From: Candidatus Latescibacterota bacterium
Lineage (GTDB): Bacteria; Latescibacterota; UBA2968
Reading direction: 5' to 3'
DNA length: 13,417 bases
Assembly (NCBI GenBank): GCA_038279365.1
Contig: JAYODI010000117.1
Coordinates: 1 to 13,417 of the forward strand
In this document: positions 1 through 8,267 of the stretch, piece by piece
Layout of the letters: each line of letters begins with the position of its first letter
Position numbering within the stretch: the first letter of the stretch is position 1
Made by a program: the position numbers and the translations under genes
The notes under the pieces: generated by a model
What the model was told of the DNA's origin: nothing
Databases searched by the model: none
The model's input: the letters and a program-made list of their open reading frames with translations, nothing else

Positions 1-14
1 TTTGATGCAATCAT

Positions 15-470
15 TTACATTTTAAGCGACACAAAAACCCCTTCATTCACCGCAACCAATTCTCCATCCGAATAAATTTCCGACACCAACGTCATCCGAC
101 GCTTCTCCTTTTCCACAATCATCTGCTTAAACCGATCCCACTCCGCTACATCTGTTTGTGAGCACACCGCCTCCAATGTGTTCATCGCTGGCCGTTTAAA
201 CTGCATCTCGCTCTTTTGAATCACCAACCGATTGGCAATGCCTGCTTCTTGTAAGCGCAAATGCAAAAGTGTCCATCCCGCCAAAATACCCAACGTAGAC
301 AAACTCCCACCAAACGCCGTATTGCGGTGATTCAGATTCGGTTCCAACGGTGCCGACAAACGCACAGACTGTTCATCATATCCAATCACCAAAACACCCA
401 TATGCGCCGTCAATGGAATATGATCGTGCAAATATGCCGTCACACCATCCAACTCTTTTTGTGTCATCAT
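15..470 (-). CDS. YiiD C-terminal-domain (hotdog-fold) thioesterase-like protein
   Basis: 151 aa; IPL..MG.V, APLEPNLNHRNTAFGGSL..L..LAGW and VI.KS.M.F..P match the YiiD_C family pattern. SD-like AAGGTG upstream; the start could be the second Met at 467. Confidence 0.85.
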   Translation of the reverse strand: MMTQKELDGVTAYLHDHIPLTAHMGVLVIGYDEQSVRLSAPLEPNLNHRNTAFGGSLSTLGILAGWTLLHLRLQEAGIANRLVIQKSEMQFKRPAMNTLEAVCSQTDVAEWDRFKQMIVEKEKRRMTLVSEIYSDGELVAVNEGVFVSLKM

Positions 471-533
471 ACACCTTTTCGTATTACATCAACGATTGCA
501 AAATCATCTGACGATCAAAATATAAAAAATAAA

Positions 534-577
534 TGGGCGCGGAAAATATAAACTGGGCGCGGAAACCGCGCCCCTAC
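534..577 (-). repeat. GTAG-type REP-like hairpin plus a partial direct copy
   Basis: Minus strand 577-555 reads GTAG-GGGCGCGG-TTT-CCGCGCCC (perfect 8-bp stem after GTAG). TGGGCGCGGAAA occurs at both 534-545 and 554-565. Confidence 0.6.
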
Positions 578-1494
578 GAGACACCATTTGCCGTTTGCCG
601 TTTGCCATCTGCCGTCTCTCTTTTTTTAAATTGTTGCACCACCAACCCCATCACAATCAACACCAACCCCACAAACGTCGATGGCAAAACATGTTCACCC
701 AATAAAAAATGAATGAACACCAAAGACAAAAACGGTGACAAAAAAATCAAATTGCCAACCTGTGCCGTATTGTCTGCCTTTTTTAACGCCGACAACCACA
801 ACACAAACGTAATGCCCATCTCAATCACCCCCACATACACAGCGCCGTAAAGACCGCGTACATCCATCACCCACACATCTGAAAACACCACACAAATCAC
901 AAACACAAATGGCAACGCAAATACAAACCCCAAAAACAAACCCACCACAGGATCACGTGTATCTTGCGTATTAAAAATCCAATACAACGCCCACAACAAA
1001 GTACTAAACAACGCCAGTACCACACCCCACGGATCTGAAAACGTAAAACCTAAAACATCTCCGTGTGTTGAGATCACAAATACACCCGCATAAGCAACCA
1101 AACCACCTAAAATATCCCACCGCGAAATCTTCTGCTTCAACAACGGAATCGACAACAACGCCAATGTAATCGCCCACGTATAATTCAACGGTTGTGCTTC
1201 TTGTGCGGGCAACAAATCATAGGCTTTAAACAACACCAAATAATAAAAGCATGGGTTCAACAATCCCAAAATCAACGACAACATATATTCACGTCGAGAA
1301 CACAAAAACACCTGTTTCAGATTGCCCTGAAGCACAACAACAAGACCCAAAACCAATGTTGATGTTAATGATGCATACAGCAACAACTGAATCGGATCGA
1401 GATATTTCAAGGCCAATTTAAAAGCCGTTGCCACCGTAGACCAAAGCAACACCGTCAAAAGGCCATAGAGATACGCTTGTTTTTGATCAGTCAT
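574..1494 (-). CDS. DMT/EamA family transporter
   Basis: About 10 hydrophobic helices in two EamA repeats (LLWSTVATAFKLAL; LNYTWAI..ALLS.PLLKQ; IFLSPFLSL..IHFLLGE). Start moved to MTDQKQ (1494) because the ORF-track extension runs through a terminator hairpin. Confidence 0.9.
   Translation of the reverse strand: MTDQKQAYLYGLLTVLLWSTVATAFKLALKYLDPIQLLLYASLTSTLVLGLVVVLQGNLKQVFLCSRREYMLSLILGLLNPCFYYLVLFKAYDLLPAQEAQPLNYTWAITLALLSIPLLKQKISRWDILGGLVAYAGVFVISTHGDVLGFTFSDPWGVVLALFSTLLWALYWIFNTQDTRDPVVGLFLGFVFALPFVFVICVVFSDVWVMDVRGLYGAVYVGVIEMGITFVLWLSALKKADNTAQVGNLIFLSPFLSLVFIHFLLGEHVLPSTFVGLVLIVMGLVVQQFKKRETADGKRQTANGVS
586..620 (+). repeat. Heptamer tandem array (RTTTGCC) inside the EamA 3' end
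   Basis: ATTTGCC GTTTGCC GTTTGCC ATCTGCC GTCTCTC. Confidence 0.85.
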
Positions 1495-1522
1495 ACAAAA
1501 CTCAAAATAATGGGCAAGAACT

Positions 1523-1557
1523 AAAAATAAAAAGCGACCCCAAACGGATCGCTTTTT
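1523..1557 (-). terminator. Probable intrinsic terminator after the AraD1/GguC gene
   Basis: Minus strand AAAAAGCGATCC-GTTTG-GGGTCGCTTTTT-ATTTTT (one G-U pair), ~20 nt after the stop codon. Confidence 0.65.
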
Positions 1558-1578
1558 TGATTGATACAACACCAACAC

Positions 1579-2583
1579 CTATAACACTTTGATACCCACA
1601 AACCGATCTTTACTCCGGTCTATTCGAATCGGATTGCGCAATGGACGTCCAAACCCTTTCCATTCCACCACCATCACATCGCCATTTTTGAGCGCCACAC
1701 CTTCACCAAAGCTAAACGCATCTGCGCCATAAAAATGAATGTGTACATCTCCTGCACGCCGATGAGCCGCATATTTAAAATGATGGTGCTCCAAATTGGC
1801 CAACGAATGCGACATATTCTTCTCGCCCGTTTTGATCTCACGCGACCACACCACCTTGCCCTTGCGCTCAATAGATACCGTGCCCGACACACGTTCAAAC
1901 TTGCCCCCCACAATCAACTCGGGGCCAATGGCGGCATCGCGCAACTTAGACGGAGCCAAATACAAATAATTCTTCTTCTCCATCACATGATCGGCAAACT
2001 CATTGCCCACCACAAAACCCACTCGGCACGGCTGCCCATCACCATCATTTACATACACCCCAGCAAGCTCGGGTTCTTCGCCCCCGTCATCGGCAAAAGA
2101 CGGCACATCCAACGCATCTCCATGTGCCCTCAAAATACTGCCAGAACCCTTATAAAACCACTCGGGTTGCACACCAATTTGCCCCGCCTTTGGGTTGCCC
2201 CCATCCAAACCCCACTGAAACATCTTCATACTGTCGGTCATCGGCATCGACGCATCTTTCTCGTGCATCGCATTGCGATTTTTGGCACTCGCCATATGCG
2301 TCAACCCCGTGCCACTCACCAAACACCGCGCCGGTTCATCGGGGTGATCAAAAGCTGGCAACAACTGCCAATCCGATTGCCCATTATAAATCGCATCATA
2401 ATTGAGCCCTTCGGCACTTACATAAGCACTCACCAGCGATTCCAATGACGTACCCGACGCCAAAGCCCACTGCACCAACGCATAAGACGAACGAAAACGC
2501 GTCAATAACCGACACTGCTTACCTTGAATCACCCCAACCCGTCTCCCCAACACCCTATGTTTCACCTGAACCAAACGCAACAT
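1579..2583 (-). CDS. AraD1/GguC family protein (fumarylacetoacetate hydrolase superfamily)
   Basis: DHP.EPARCLVSGTGLTH..SA..R..MH, TDSMKMF.WG..GG.P, QPEWFYKG, DGGEEPELAG.Y, GNEF.DH..E..NYLYLA.SKLR, GE.NMSHS.ANLEHHHFKY. SD AGGAG upstream. Confidence 0.85.
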   Translation of the reverse strand: MLRLVQVKHRVLGRRVGVIQGKQCRLLTRFRSSYALVQWALASGTSLESLVSAYVSAEGLNYDAIYNGQSDWQLLPAFDHPDEPARCLVSGTGLTHMASAKNRNAMHEKDASMPMTDSMKMFQWGLDGGNPKAGQIGVQPEWFYKGSGSILRAHGDALDVPSFADDGGEEPELAGVYVNDGDGQPCRVGFVVGNEFADHVMEKKNYLYLAPSKLRDAAIGPELIVGGKFERVSGTVSIERKGKVVWSREIKTGEKNMSHSLANLEHHHFKYAAHRRAGDVHIHFYGADAFSFGEGVALKNGDVMVVEWKGFGRPLRNPIRIDRSKDRFVGIKVL

Positions 2584-2599
2584 AAATTCGCTCCTAAAA

Positions 2600-2730
2600 A
2601 GGTCACAACTCTCAGGTCTTCAGGTCACAAGTCCCCAAAAAGCGTTTTTTGACTTGCAACCAGTGACTTGCTGGCCTGCGACTATCTTTGATTTTAACCT
2701 GCGACTTGCAGACCTGCGATCTGTGACAGT
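2600..2730. repeat. Inverted degenerate heptamer arrays (AGGTCAC/AAGTC.. versus GACYTGY)
   Basis: Left arm AGGTCAC AACTCTC AGGTCTTC AGGTCAC AAGTCCC; centre CAAAAAGCGTTTTTT; right arm GACTTGC AACCAGT GACTTGCT GGCCTGC GACT ... AACCTGC GACTTGCA GACCTGC GATCTGT GAC. Confidence 0.75.
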
Positions 2731-2732
2731 CT

Positions 2733-3041
2733 TTACGCTGGCTCCAAAACCTGCAAGCTCGCACCCTTAACTATATCCTTCACTTTTTCTCGATACGTGG
2801 CCATATGAGGCGCAACAATATGCGCCTTCAAATGATCCAACGACTCCCACTGCTCAACAATCGTGACCACATTGTCACGCAAAGGAATCTGAACAGCAAG
2901 ATCCGTCTCCAAGTCCACCGTAGGCCCATAAGCCAAACAGCCATCCTCCGCCAACACATTGGGCACATTATCATTAAAATGACCAATAAATTCATCTCGC
3001 TTCCCCGGCACCACCTCAATCGTCGCAATCACATGAATCAT
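2733..3041 (-). CDS. Antibiotic biosynthesis monooxygenase (ABM) / putative quinol monooxygenase (YgiN-like)
   Basis: MIHVIATIEV.PG.RDEF, V.AEDGC..YGPT.D, IVEQWESLDHLKAH..APHM..YRE.VKD. Strong SD AAGGGGTGAT before the ATG at 3041. Confidence 0.88.
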   Translation of the reverse strand: MIHVIATIEVVPGKRDEFIGHFNDNVPNVLAEDGCLAYGPTVDLETDLAVQIPLRDNVVTIVEQWESLDHLKAHIVAPHMATYREKVKDIVKGASLQVLEPA

Positions 3042-3279
3042 AATTATCACCCCTTACAATGTATGAAAATGATCTGTCACAAACTAACAGCCATTTGTTG
3101 AAAACTGAATACTCTTTATTTAACCACAATTTTTCTTCTCCACAATTAAAACTTTTTGCGCAATCCAATCGTCTTTAAACCAAACACCTCAACGAATACG
3201 CCACAGGCAAAATCGACCTCCCAAAACTACGCGGAAAAATCACCATCACCGACTACTAATCCCCACCGTTACGCATAAC

Positions 3280-3317
3280 AAAAAAATAGCCCGATCTCAC
3301 AAGAGATCGGGCTATTT
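3280..3317 (-). terminator. Intrinsic terminator downstream of yceI
   Basis: Perfect 15-bp inverted repeat AAATAGCCCGATCTC-ACAA-GAGATCGGGCTATTT, followed by a T run on the minus strand. Confidence 0.8.
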
Positions 3318-3349
3318 CCATCACATCAACAAATCAGTCCATCCATCAG

Positions 3350-3523
3350 GCACAGCGCGCTATTCCCATTCTACAACCTGCCTAAAAAACGCTGCCTCTG
3401 TAGGCCACAATCCTCCATGAACCCACAAACGGTATTTGCGCTGTGCAGCCTTCCCGGCATCTGAGGGACGGCATTTTTTGCTTACTTTTTGTTGCTGTTG
3501 ACAAAAAGTAAGTCGCCGAAGGC
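3350..3523. repeat. Multi-hairpin intergenic element (dispersed repeat or structured RNA candidate)
   Basis: Stems: GCACAGCGC(3350-3358)/GCGCTGTGC(3438-3446); GCCTTCCC/GGGACGGC (3448-3472); CTTACTTTTTGT(3481-3492)/ACAAAAAGTAAG(3501-3512); GCC-GAA-GGC (3515-3523). Confidence 0.55.
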
Positions 3524-3525
3524 AT

Positions 3526-4116
3526 CTACTCTGGCTTCGGTCCAATCGTCTCCAATGTAATCGTCACCTTCACCTCATCCCCCAAAATATTGGCAAAATT
3601 GGCCCAACTATTCACCCCATAATCCGAACACTTCAAAACCGTTTCCGTCTCAAAACCCGCCATAGGCGCTTTATTCCGAGGATGAGTCCCCACCCCCAAA
3701 ACCGTCACGGGCAATGTAATCTGTTTTGTTGTTCCATGCATCGTAAAATCACCCGTCAACAAAATCGTATCGCCTTCTTTTTTGGCCGATGTGCTCTTAA
3801 ACGTAATCGTCGGATATTTCTCCACATCAAAAAAATCAGCCCCCTTCAAATGCCCATCTCGGCGTTCATTCCCCGTATCAATACTCCCTACCTGAATCGT
3901 CGCCTCAGCCGATGTCTTTTCTGGGTGCGCCGGATCATACACAATCACACCTTCAAAATCATTAAACTTGCCAGGTGTACGACTCACAAGATGTCGAATA
4001 GAAAACCCAACACCAGAGTGCCCCTTATCAATGGTATACGTTTCTGCAACCCCGGTGCCCGCCAACAGCAATGCCGACAAAATTCCCACACCAAACAACC
4101 GAACCACTCTAAACAT
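3526..4116 (-). CDS. YceI family lipid/polyisoprenoid-binding protein, secreted
   Basis: Signal peptide, then YTIDKGHSGVGFSIRHL, G.F..FEG, SIDTGNERRDGHLK..DFFDVEKYPTITFKST, GDFTMHGTTK. Start moved to 4116 (SD GAGAAGGG). Confidence 0.92.
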   Translation of the reverse strand: MFRVVRLFGVGILSALLLAGTGVAETYTIDKGHSGVGFSIRHLVSRTPGKFNDFEGVIVYDPAHPEKTSAEATIQVGSIDTGNERRDGHLKGADFFDVEKYPTITFKSTSAKKEGDTILLTGDFTMHGTTKQITLPVTVLGVGTHPRNKAPMAGFETETVLKCSDYGVNSWANFANILGDEVKVTITLETIGPKPE

Positions 4117-4230
4117 ATGTAAACCCTTCTCTAATAGGAATCTCATAAAGACTCCCAGATGGAATTGATCCCGGCATGACAACAAACTTCAACATGATAC
4201 CCAAATTATTCCAATTAACAACCCCCTGCT

Positions 4231-4273
4231 AAAAATAAAAGCCAGTATGGCATATCACCACACTGGCTTTTTT
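4231..4273 (-). terminator. Intrinsic terminator after ilvC (possibly bidirectional)
   Basis: AAAAGCCAGT-A-TGG...CCA-C-ACTGGCTTTT. The A/C mismatch is a G-U pair on the minus strand; T tracts on both strands. Confidence 0.75.
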
Positions 4274-4300
4274 GTCTTTCGATAGGGCACTTAAAACCGA

Positions 4301-5824
<1,524 letters not shown>

Positions 5825-5859
5825 CTATCAATAATGATCTTTATCATCAATCGTCAAGA

Positions 5860-5888
5860 AGTATACCAAAATTTACTGTTGCAGTAAA
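5860..5888 (-). promoter_or_regulatory. Predicted sigma70 promoter of ilvC
   Basis: Minus strand TTTACT (5888-5883), 17-bp spacer, TATACT (5865-5860), with a TGn extended -10. Confidence 0.6.
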
Positions 5889-5925
5889 TTGAATTAATCT
5901 GCATACTTTGTTTCATATTATGCAA
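5870..5925. promoter_or_regulatory. Predicted tandem IlvY (LysR) operators
   Basis: TTTCA-TATTA-TGCAA (5911-5925; T-N11-A dyad) and TTGCA-GTAAA-TTGAA (5879-5893), centres 32 bp apart. The second overlaps the palindrome AATTTACTG-TTG-CAGTAAATT and the ilvC -35. Confidence 0.55.
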
Positions 5926-5937
5926 TTAAAAACCCAA

Positions 5938-5996
5938 TGAAACGCCAAACGTGAGAAACAGTGAAACGCCAAACGTGAAACGCCAAATGTAAAACC
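5938..5996 (+). repeat. Heptamer array TGAAACG/CCAAACG (14-bp dimer unit)
   Basis: TGAAACG CCAAACG TGAGAAACAG TGAAACG CCAAACG TGAAACG CCAAATG TAAAACC. Confidence 0.85.
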
Positions 5997-6056
5997 TTTA
6001 AAATCAAAGAAACAAAAGACCAGACCTAACACGCGATTAAATCACACGATTAATTC

Positions 6057-6112
6057 GTTTGCCATTTGCCGTTTGCCATTTGCCATTTCCCATTTCCCAT
6101 TTCCCCTATCCT
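6057..6112 (+). repeat. Heptamer array RTTTGCC x4 then ATTTCCC x3, directly before ilvY
   Basis: GTTTGCC ATTTGCC GTTTGCC ATTTGCC ATTTCCC ATTTCCC ATTTCCC CTATCCT ATG. Confidence 0.9.
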
Positions 6113-6994
6113 ATGCACTTCGACGACCTCAAAATCTTCCTCCACCTTTGCCAAACCCTCCACTTTGGCCAAACCAGCCGTGCCTGTCATGTCAGCCCGT
6201 CCACACTCAGCCGCATCATACAACGCCTCGAAGAAGACACGGGGCGCACTCTTTTTGAACGCGACCGTCGTCATGTCAAAATCACACCTGCAGGATTGGC
6301 CTATCAGGCTTTTGCCCAAGATGTGATCAAAAACTGGCACCGTGTACGTGCCGAATTGGATCAAGGCGCACAAACCTTGCGGGGCGCACTCAATTTATAT
6401 TGTTCTGTCACTGCCAGTTATAGTATTTTGCCCGAACTCCTGCGACAATTTCGTCCCCAATATCCCGATGTACAAATCAATCTCACCACAGGCGATGCCG
6501 CAGCAGCCATAGACCGTGTGCTCGACGATTCCGTAGACATTACCATTGCTGCACTTCCCGACCACACACCCCAAACCTTAGAAACACGCATCATCACCAC
6601 CACACCATTGCTCTTTATTGCCCCCATAGAAGGCCCCGTTACCGAGCAAGTGAGCAAACGCATCGACTGGTCACAAGTGCCCATGATCTTTCCCGAGTCT
6701 GGTCTTATTCGTACCTATCTCGAAAAATGGTTTCGCCAAAAAGGCATTCGCCCACGCATCTACGGTCAAGTCTCAGGGCACGAAGCAATCATCTCACTCG
6801 TCAGCTTGGGGTTTGGTGTGGGCGTCATTCCTGAACTTGTACTCGAAAAAAGCATGATTAAAACAGACGTCCAACACCTCCATGTCAAACCCATCCTACC
6901 CGACTTTCGTGTAGGACTCTGCGTAAAAAAAAGCAAACGCAACCTCCCCATCATAAAAGCCTTTTGGCAAACCTTAGACGACCTCAACACCTGA
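6113..6994 (+). CDS. ilvY: LysR-type transcriptional regulator IlvY
   Basis: DLKIFLHL..TLHFG.T.RACHVSPSTLSR.IQRLEE, YCSVTASYS.LP, I.LTTGDAA.A, IY.QVSGHEAI.SLV.LGFGV closely follow IlvY as I recall it; divergent from ilvC. Start moved to 6113. Confidence 0.92.
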   Translation: MHFDDLKIFLHLCQTLHFGQTSRACHVSPSTLSRIIQRLEEDTGRTLFERDRRHVKITPAGLAYQAFAQDVIKNWHRVRAELDQGAQTLRGALNLYCSVTASYSILPELLRQFRPQYPDVQINLTTGDAAAAIDRVLDDSVDITIAALPDHTPQTLETRIITTTPLLFIAPIEGPVTEQVSKRIDWSQVPMIFPESGLIRTYLEKWFRQKGIRPRIYGQVSGHEAIISLVSLGFGVGVIPELVLEKSMIKTDVQHLHVKPILPDFRVGLCVKKSKRNLPIIKAFWQTLDDLNT

Positions 6995-7010
6995 TCACAA
7001 AGGATAAAAC

Positions 7011-8264
7011 ATGCCCCATATCCATCTGTTATACCGCGCCATATTTATCCTAACCGTCACCGTACTCCAAAGTTGTGCACCCCAACAAAACGTCACCCAC
7101 ATTCCTCTTGGCCCAAACATTCAAAAGACCGTTCAAACGGCATTTATCCAAGCCAAACCCGGTGACATCATCGAATTTGCCGAAGGGCAATACACCTTCA
7201 CCCACACCCTCTCACTCGATGTTGAAAACATCACCCTTAGAGGAAAAGGCGAAGGCAAAACCATTCTCAGCTTCAAAGACCAAGAAACAGGTTCTGGTGG
7301 TGAAGGCCTCCTCATTACCAAAGGCAATTTTACCATTGAAAACCTCGCCATTGAAGACACCAAAGGCGATGCCATCAAAGTAGAAGGCGTTGACCGTGTC
7401 TTCTTCAAAAACATGCGTGTTGAATGGACAGGCGAACCGAGCCCCGAAAATGGTGCATACGGCCTTTATCCCGTCAAATGCACCAACGTACTCATTGAAA
7501 ACTGCGTGGCCATTGGTGCTTCCGATGCAGGCATTTATGTGGGCCAGTGCAAAAACGTGATCGTGCGCAACAACGTGGCCAAAAACAACGTGGCAGGCAT
7601 CGAAATCGAAAACACCATTGGTGCCGATGTGTACAACAACACCGCCATCAACAACACCAGTGGCATTCTCGTATTCACCTTGCCCAACTTGCCTCAAAAA
7701 GAGGGCCACACGTGCCGCGTCTTTAACAACGCTGTCACCACCAACAACCATCCCAACTTCGCCAAAAAAGGCACGCTTATCTCGGGTTTATCTCCCGGCA
7801 ACGGCCTCATCCTCATCGCCAATGACAATGTCGAAGTTTTCAACAACACCTTTACCAACAACAATACCACCAACATCGCCATCATGAGTTATTCATCTAC
7901 CAAACGCAAAATCAAAGACCCCACCTACGACCCCTATTGCGAAACCATTTTTATTCACGACAATGTCTTTAATGGAGGCGGCGAAGACCCGCAAGGTGAA
8001 ATCGGTCAAATCATACGCCAAACCTTTGGCACAAACGGTCCAGACATTATTTATGATGGCATCATTGACCCCAAAAAACTTGTCGATGGCAAACTGCCAG
8101 AAACACTCGGCATCGTCATCCAAAACAATGCCAATGCCACTTTTGCCAACCTTGACCTTGCCAGCATCAAACAAGGCAAAAAACCCAACATCACCACCGA
8201 CCTCTCTGCACACAATGGCACATTACCCGCACTAACACCCATTGTGATTGAAGGTGTTCAATAA
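7011..8264 (+). CDS. Parallel beta-helix repeat lipoprotein (TIGR03805-like)
   Basis: Lipobox LQSC(22). NGAYGLYPV, GASDAGIYVGQ, NVAGIEIENT..ADV, NNT.GILVF.LP, NNHPNFA..G; Asn-ladder repeats. SD AAGGA. Confidence 0.85.
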   Translation: MPHIHLLYRAIFILTVTVLQSCAPQQNVTHIPLGPNIQKTVQTAFIQAKPGDIIEFAEGQYTFTHTLSLDVENITLRGKGEGKTILSFKDQETGSGGEGLLITKGNFTIENLAIEDTKGDAIKVEGVDRVFFKNMRVEWTGEPSPENGAYGLYPVKCTNVLIENCVAIGASDAGIYVGQCKNVIVRNNVAKNNVAGIEIENTIGADVYNNTAINNTSGILVFTLPNLPQKEGHTCRVFNNAVTTNNHPNFAKKGTLISGLSPGNGLILIANDNVEVFNNTFTNNNTTNIAIMSYSSTKRKIKDPTYDPYCETIFIHDNVFNGGGEDPQGEIGQIIRQTFGTNGPDIIYDGIIDPKKLVDGKLPETLGIVIQNNANATFANLDLASIKQGKKPNITTDLSAHNGTLPALTPIVIEGVQ

Positions 8265-8267
8265 AAC

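Noticed and set aside
1-14. ATG at 14-12 on the minus strand directly after the thioesterase stop (MIAS...)
   Set aside because: May be the start of a coupled downstream gene, but four codons cannot support a call.
1495-1578. 28-aa N-terminal extension of EamA in the ORF track
   Set aside because: It crosses a terminator-like hairpin and is not EamA-like; MTDQKQ at 1494 is the better start.
1735-2448. Long antisense or alternate-frame ORFs (also 3682-4122, 4682-5359, 7212-7751, 12654-13046)
   Set aside because: They overlap well-supported genes and have no family motifs; they are explained by codon bias and strand skew.
3360-3545. 61-aa minus-strand ORF over the structured element
   Set aside because: Overlaps the yceI end, has no recognisable motif, and is explained by the hairpin element.
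6030-6053. Direct repeat CACGCGATTAA / CACACGATTAA
   Set aside because: Only two short copies; cannot be told apart from chance or local slippage.
5938-6112. Possible CRISPR array or iterons
   Set aside because: Units are 7 bp and contiguous with no unique spacers; no cas or rep gene is nearby.
6050-6373. Minus-strand 107-aa ORF ending in GNGKWQMANGKWQ, and the MPFAVCHLPF extension of ilvY
   Set aside because: Antisense shadow of ilvY plus translation of the heptamer array.
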